Part shown: positions 15,113 to 20,000 of the stretch, piece after piece
How the letters are laid out: every line of letters begins with the position of its first letter
How positions within the stretch are numbered: position 1 is the first letter of the stretch
Sequence record: SRR20825019_1681
DNA length: 20,000 bases
Strand: one strand, 5' to 3'
Notes under the pieces: model-generated
Database searches by the model: none
Seen by the model: the letters and a program-made list of their open reading frames with translations, nothing else
Told to the model about the DNA's origin: nothing
Translations under genes and position numbers: made by a program

Positions 15113-16588
15113 CTACTTCTGTACTAGTTGTTTTGTAACGCTTTCGCCATTTGTGAAGAAAACACTTACGCTGTATGTACCTGGAGTGTTCGATTTCAGC
15201 TCTACATTAACAGTTGTTTTTCCATCGGCATTAATGGTTTGAATAGCACGTCCAGAAAGGTCATGCACTACTACTTTGTCAATACTGTTGTCTGAATCAG
15301 ACGATACAGTGAATGTTCCGTTATTCGGATTTGGGAAAAGCTCTACTCTAACATTTGCTTCTGATGTTGAAGGACGTTCCATAAGCCATTCGGGCATTGG
15401 TTCGAGTGTTGTCTTTTTAGCTTTAGTAGACCCTGTAACAACGATTCCCGCTTGTGGATTTACATTGATATCCATGGTAATTATATGTCGACAACATTCT
15501 CCCGTATCGACATTGTAATAATAAATGATCAACGTAACTGCGTATGAACCCGGAGCAAATGTGTGATTTACACTGTTTCCCACACCTGTTGTTCCATCGC
15601 CAAAGTCCCAAGTATATCCGAATCCTAGACTATTTGGACCTGTTGCGGTGAAATTGTATGTTCCTCCTCCGAGATCTGTCGGTATAAATCCGATTGTCTG
15701 AATGGCATCACAAGGTTTACACGAGTTCGCATCTATTTTAAACTTATACTTTTTCGGACAACAATTTCCGTTAATGTCAATAACAAGAATTGTCAACTCT
15801 ACAGAATAAGTTCCAGTCGCTGAGTAGTAATGAATAGGGTTTTCTTCTGTTGAAGATGTTCCGTCTCCAAAATCCCAATGGTATTGAACAACATTTACTC
15901 CAAAAGGAACATTTGCATAGAATTGAGTGAAGCAATTTTGTTGGACGAACGATGGGTCAGCATCGTAATTACAAGGATTGATAGTTTCACAAATTCTTAA
16001 ATTACTGATTCTTACTTCTACCTGTGGCAACGTTGGTGAAGATGGGTAAATCCACAGTTGGCTGTATGTACCTGTTGGTGTAAAGGTATATGTTACAGTT
16101 GTTGGTGCAGGAGTAGGAAAAGTGTTTGGAAACGTAGAGAATAAAGTGCTAGCAACTGTTTCTCCTGGTGGTGTAGGAGGGATTGGAGCACCGCCGCCAC
16201 CTGTTTCACTAGGCACTAAACCGTTCGTCATGTAGACGTTGAATGCAGCCGCAGGGTTTGGAGCAGAACCATCGTGAGTTCTAGTTTCAATATCAAGACA
16301 AATGGTGTAAGTGTTTCCAGCTACAAATGTTACTCCATCGTAGAAAACACCTTCACCGTTGTTATTGTACGACCACATCCAAAGGGATCCTGGTGAGTAG
16401 GAAGGAGACCCGTGGGATGATTTCCAGTTTAATCCAAAAGTGTTAAGGGAACCTTGTCCAGAGGTCGGAATTCCCGACATGTCACCATCTGGCGCAATGT
16501 TTATACAATCATCGCATGCGTTTTGAGCACTTACAGTTGTTGAAAATAACAACATAACGGCTCCAGCATAATAAGCTAAAGTTTTCAT
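15113..16588 (-). CDS. T9SS type A sorting domain protein with two Cys-containing PKD domains
   Basis: Signal peptide ending VSA|Q; two WDFGDG PKD signatures; CTD LFPNPNNGTF...GTYSVSV...KQLVQK; N-terminal beta-sandwich-like region of unknown function. Confidence 0.9.
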   Translation of the reverse strand: MKTLAYYAGAVMLLFSTTVSAQNACDDCINIAPDGDMSGIPTSGQGSLNTFGLNWKSSHGSPSYSPGSLWMWSYNNNGEGVFYDGVTFVAGNTYTICLDIETRTHDGSAPNPAAAFNVYMTNGLVPSETGGGGAPIPPTPPGETVASTLFSTFPNTFPTPAPTTVTYTFTPTGTYSQLWIYPSSPTLPQVEVRISNLRICETINPCNYDADPSFVQQNCFTQFYANVPFGVNVVQYHWDFGDGTSSTEENPIHYYSATGTYSVELTILVIDINGNCCPKKYKFKIDANSCKPCDAIQTIGFIPTDLGGGTYNFTATGPNSLGFGYTWDFGDGTTGVGNSVNHTFAPGSYAVTLIIYYYNVDTGECCRHIITMDINVNPQAGIVVTGSTKAKKTTLEPMPEWLMERPSTSEANVRVELFPNPNNGTFTVSSDSDNSIDKVVVHDLSGRAIQTINADGKTTVNVELKSNTPGTYSVSVFFTNGESVTKQLVQK

Positions 16589-16657
16589 AATTAAGTGATT
16601 TAAGTTAGTAATAATCAGTAATCTAACGAATTGTTAGGGCGCTCGCAATCAAGACTT

Positions 16658-16687
16658 ATTAAGTGTTGATTATTTATTCGTAAGTGT
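16658..16687 (-). promoter_or_regulatory. Candidate LytTR binding site (9-12-9 direct repeat)
   Basis: Minus strand ACACTTACG-N12-ACACTTAAT, 21-bp period, upstream of the PKD gene. Confidence 0.55.
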
Positions 16688-17317
16688 CGTTTTATCGATA
16701 GAATTAGTGAGATACTGCATAAAGCGCTTTTTCTTCCTTACAGAAACTTGAACACTTGAGTCGTCGGATAAAAAAACAGTTCCGCCTTTTCCGCTTTTAT
16801 ACTCTACAATGTGGGCTGTGTTTACAAGGTGTTTATGATGAACTCTACAGAAACCAGAAGAGGAGAGTTTTTCTTCTAGTTGAATCAATGGTTGGGCGAT
16901 AAGGATTCTTTTTTGTTGAGCAAAGTGCACGTAGGTGTAGTTTGAACTGGATTCAAAGCGCACAATGGCGTGAATTGGAAAATACTTGAATCCGTGCGAA
17001 GTTGGCAGTTTGATAGTCTGGTTTTCTTCCTCCCAGATTTTTTTACTGGAGAGGTAATGAATATCAAAGCCCGACTTTATTATTTGTTCAATTAGTTGAG
17101 AGCGCTTATTTTCTGTTGTAACGATGCTGAAAAGAGATACATCCTTCAACCAATTTCGGTTGGGCTTCTCATGTAGTTGTTCAATATGGTCTGAATAATT
17201 ACTAAAAGCATCACTTAATTCAAGCTGTAATCGATCAGCATGAAGCTTGGAGGTATGAATACCTATAATTACGGAAGCTGTTTTGTACAACATTTGAATT
17301 GTGGCTAGCTCAATCAA
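16670..17317 (-). CDS. LytTR DNA-binding domain protein without a recognisable receiver domain
   Basis: C-terminal LytTR: IKLPTSHGFKYFPIHAIVRFESSSNYTYVHF...LEEKLSSSGFCRVHHKHLVN...VQVSVRKKKRF. Start uncertain (TTG 17317 or ATG 17293). Confidence 0.88.
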   Translation of the reverse strand: MIELATIQMLYKTASVIIGIHTSKLHADRLQLELSDAFSNYSDHIEQLHEKPNRNWLKDVSLFSIVTTENKRSQLIEQIIKSGFDIHYLSSKKIWEEENQTIKLPTSHGFKYFPIHAIVRFESSSNYTYVHFAQQKRILIAQPLIQLEEKLSSSGFCRVHHKHLVNTAHIVEYKSGKGGTVFLSDDSSVQVSVRKKKRFMQYLTNSIDKTTLTNK

Positions 17318-17437
17318 TAATAAACGTCATGAGTATTCTAAATGTACGTATTTAGCTTTTAACTAACAAGATGATTATCAGATGAAAAAAATAAACATGT
17401 TCCAAAAAATGTTTTAGTGGTGAGATATAAGTTCAAT

Positions 17438-17474
17438 AAAAACGGCTATTTCAACACGTTGAAATAGCCGTTTT
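17438..17474 (-). terminator. Terminator after sdhB (potentially bidirectional)
   Basis: Perfect 17-bp arms AAAACGGCTATTTCAAC / GTTGAAATAGCCGTTTT separated by 2 nt. Confidence 0.85.
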
Positions 17475-17527
17475 AAAATCATTTTCCTCTTTAATTAAGG
17501 AAGCTTGAATTTATGTGCGAGAAAAGC

Positions 17528-18268
17528 TTAAATAGAAGCCTTAAGGTATTCGCGATTCATTCGAGCAATATTCTCAAGTGAAATTCCTTTCGGACATTCG
17601 ACTTCGCATGCTCCAGTGTTTGTACAGTTACCAAATCCTTCTTTATCCATTTGCTCAACCATATTAAGCACTCTGTTTTTTGCTTCTATTTTCCCTTGAG
17701 GAAGAAGCGCAAACTGAGAAACCTTAGCTGAAACGAAAAGCATTGCAGAGGCATTTTTACAAGAAGCCACACATGCCCCACATCCGATACATGTCGCAGC
17801 GTCAAATGCTTTATCAGCATCATCCTTAGGAACAGGAATAGCATTCGCGTCTTGTGAGTTCCCCGTTGTATTCACGGAAACAAAACCTCCAGCATGTTGA
17901 ATTCTATCAAATGCAGAACGGTCTACAACCAAATCTTTAATAACTGGAAAACCTTTTGCTCTAAATGGCTCAATATAAATAGTATCGCCATCCTTGAATT
18001 TACGCATGTGGAGTTGACAAGTTGTTACTCCTCGGTCTGGACCGTGCGCTTCTCCATTGATTTGCATAGAACACATACCGCAAATTCCTTCACGACAGTC
18101 GTGATCAAATGCAACAGGCTCCTTTCCTTCATTGATGAGTTGCTCATTCAAGACATCCATCATTTCTAAGAAAGACATATGCTCAGAAACATTATCCAAT
18201 GAGTAAGTTTCGATCGCTCCCTTATCGTTTGCGCTCTTCTGTCTCCAAATTTTAAGTGTAAGTTTCAT
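17528..18268 (-). CDS. sdhB: Succinate dehydrogenase/fumarate reductase iron-sulfur subunit
   Basis: CREGICGMC...C (2Fe-2S), [26 protein letters not shown] 18268 preferred over TTG 18277. Confidence 0.96.
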   Translation of the reverse strand: MKLTLKIWRQKSANDKGAIETYSLDNVSEHMSFLEMMDVLNEQLINEGKEPVAFDHDCREGICGMCSMQINGEAHGPDRGVTTCQLHMRKFKDGDTIYIEPFRAKGFPVIKDLVVDRSAFDRIQHAGGFVSVNTTGNSQDANAIPVPKDDADKAFDAATCIGCGACVASCKNASAMLFVSAKVSQFALLPQGKIEAKNRVLNMVEQMDKEGFGNCTNTGACEVECPKGISLENIARMNREYLKASI

Positions 18269-18277
18269 CGCCTTCAA

Positions 18278-19999
18278 TTATTTGTATGAACGTTGTTTTA
18301 GTTCGATATCGTTAAACGTAAGTTCTTCTTTGTGAAGATTCGCTTTTCCTGGATCTCCTGTCCATTCCCAAGCCGCCGTATAGGCAAAATTCACGTCATC
18401 TCGCTTCGCTTCTCCTTTTTGAGGACCGTCTTCTTCAACAGACTCCTCGCGGAAGTGACCACCACATGATTCTGTTCTTTGGAGTGCATCGTAAGCAAAT
18501 AGCTCTCCTAGCTCCAAGAAATCTTCCACACGAAGTGCTTTTTCTAGTTCTGGATTGAACTCATTCGCCGTTCCAGGAACCAAGACGTCTTTTCTAAATT
18601 CTTCACGAATTACACGAATTTCTTCAATGGCTTCTTTCAACCCTTTTTCATTTCGGGCCATTCCAACCTTATCCCACATCACTGATCCCAAACGCTTATG
18701 GAAAAAGTCTACGGATTTAGTTCCTTTATTATTGATGAATCCATCTATTCGCGTTGCAACTTCTTTTTCTGCCTCAATAAACTCAGGAAGGTCAGTTGAA
18801 ATTGCACCTGTACGAATATCATGGGATAAATAATCACCAATTGTATAAGGAAGAACGAAATATCCATCTGCCAATCCTTGCATTAGCGCCGAAGCACCAA
18901 GTCTGTTTGCACCATGATCAGAGAAGTTTGCTTCCCCAGCTGCATAACATCCCGGAATGGTTGTCATTAAGTTGTAATCTACCCAAATTCCTCCCATCGT
19001 ATAATGCACGGCAGGATAAATCATCATAGGTGTTTTATATGGATTTTGATCGGTAATCTTCTCATACATTTGGAATAAATTCCCGTATTTGTTTTCGATT
19101 ACTTTCTCTCCTAATTCACGAACTCTAGCTTCCGTTGGGTTTTCTTCACCGTCAATTGTCGCTTTCTCTTTCCCGTAACGCATAATCGCTGAAGAGAAAT
19201 CTAAATAAACAGCTTCTCCTGTTTTATTAACTCCAAAACCAGCATCACAACGCTCTTTTGCCGCTCTCGAAGCAACATCACGTGGAACTAAGTTTCCGAA
19301 GGCAGGATATCTTCTCTCTAAGTAATAATCGCGCTCATCGGCAGTCAACTCTGTTGGTTGTTTACGACCCTCACGAATGGCCATTACGTCATCCAAGTTC
19401 TTTGGAACCCAAATTCGACCGTCGTTTCTTAACGATTCAGACATTAACGTCAGCTTAGACTGATAATCTCCAGATCTAGGAATACATGTTGGGTGAATTT
19501 GTGTATAGCAAGGGTTTGCGAAATAAGCTCCTTTCTTGTGGATTCTCCAAGCGGCAGTTACGTTCGATCCCATCGCGTTTGTAGAAAGATAGAACACGTT
19601 TCCGTATCCTCCAGAAGCAACAACTACAGCATGCGCTGAGTGACGCTCTAATTCTCCATTCACTAAGTTTCTAGCGATGATTCCACGCGCTTTTCCGTCT
19701 ACTTTAACCAACTCGAGCATTTCGTGACGGTTATACATTTTGATCTTTCCCTTACCAATCTGACGGTTCATAGCTGAGTATGCACCCAACAATAATTGTT
19801 GTCCAGTTTGACCTTTTGCGTAGAAAGTTCTTGAAACTAATACTCCTCCAAAAGAACGGTTGTCTAGCAATCCGCCATAATCTCTAGCGAAAGGAACACC
19901 TTGAGCAACACATTGATCGATAATGTTTGCTGAAACTTCAGCCAATCGGTAAACGTTTGCCTCACGAGCTCGGTAATCACCACCTTTTACGGTATCGTA
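18278..19999 (-). CDS. sdhA: Succinate dehydrogenase/fumarate reductase flavoprotein subunit, 5'-truncated by the window edge
   Basis: Frame stays open beyond 19945 ([23 protein letters not shown]); motifs [38 protein letters not shown]. Confidence 0.96.
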   Translation of the reverse strand, partial: YDTVKGGDYRAREANVYRLAEVSANIIDQCVAQGVPFARDYGGLLDNRSFGGVLVSRTFYAKGQTGQQLLLGAYSAMNRQIGKGKIKMYNRHEMLELVKVDGKARGIIARNLVNGELERHSAHAVVVASGGYGNVFYLSTNAMGSNVTAAWRIHKKGAYFANPCYTQIHPTCIPRSGDYQSKLTLMSESLRNDGRIWVPKNLDDVMAIREGRKQPTELTADERDYYLERRYPAFGNLVPRDVASRAAKERCDAGFGVNKTGEAVYLDFSSAIMRYGKEKATIDGEENPTEARVRELGEKVIENKYGNLFQMYEKITDQNPYKTPMMIYPAVHYTMGGIWVDYNLMTTIPGCYAAGEANFSDHGANRLGASALMQGLADGYFVLPYTIGDYLSHDIRTGAISTDLPEFIEAEKEVATRIDGFINNKGTKSVDFFHKRLGSVMWDKVGMARNEKGLKEAIEEIRVIREEFRKDVLVPGTANEFNPELEKALRVEDFLELGELFAYDALQRTESCGGHFREESVEEDGPQKGEAKRDDVNFAYTAAWEWTGDPGKANLHKEELTFNDIELKQRSYK

Positions 20000-20000
20000 A

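Noticed and set aside
17439..17474. 17-bp perfect inverted repeat as MITE/REP or recombination site
   Set aside because: Single copy in the window, ~55 nt after the sdhB stop with T-tails; a terminator is sufficient.
19274..19289. parS-like AACATCACGTGGAACT in sdhA
   Set aside because: Half-site only, explained by the conserved LVPRDV peptide.

Overview
Chromosomal window from a Bacteroidota bacterium, probably Flavobacteriia-like (TAnnTTTG promoters, T9SS cargo proteins, long-form IspG, Bacteroidota-type SdhAB). Gene order: gltX (partial, -) | large membrane-anchored coiled-coil protein (DUF4175-like), RsbW-like HATPase, ybeY, mnmG (+) | 550-bp non-coding gap | ispG (-) | fatty acid desaturase, MmcQ/YjbR, S4/Hsp15, outer-membrane beta-barrel (+) | PA-domain T9SS protein, Cys-rich tandem-PKD T9SS protein, receiver-less LytTR regulator (-) | sdhB, sdhA (partial, -). 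Most genes are housekeeping. The best non-gene signals are four. First, three parS sites lie within 183 bp: two inside the ybeY coding sequence and one overlapping a putative mnmG promoter, implying an origin-proximal locus. Second, a 9-12-9 LytTR-type direct repeat straddles the stop codon of an atypical LytTR gene just upstream of the Cys-rich PKD protein, suggesting a self-contained regulator/secreted-protein module. Third, two ECF-sigma-like promoters share GTCTTA in front of envelope genes. Fourth, a long G.T-rich, strand-specific hairpin lies in the mnmG-ispG gap. No mobile element, CRISPR array, rRNA or tRNA was seen. All family calls are from motif recognition, not database searches.
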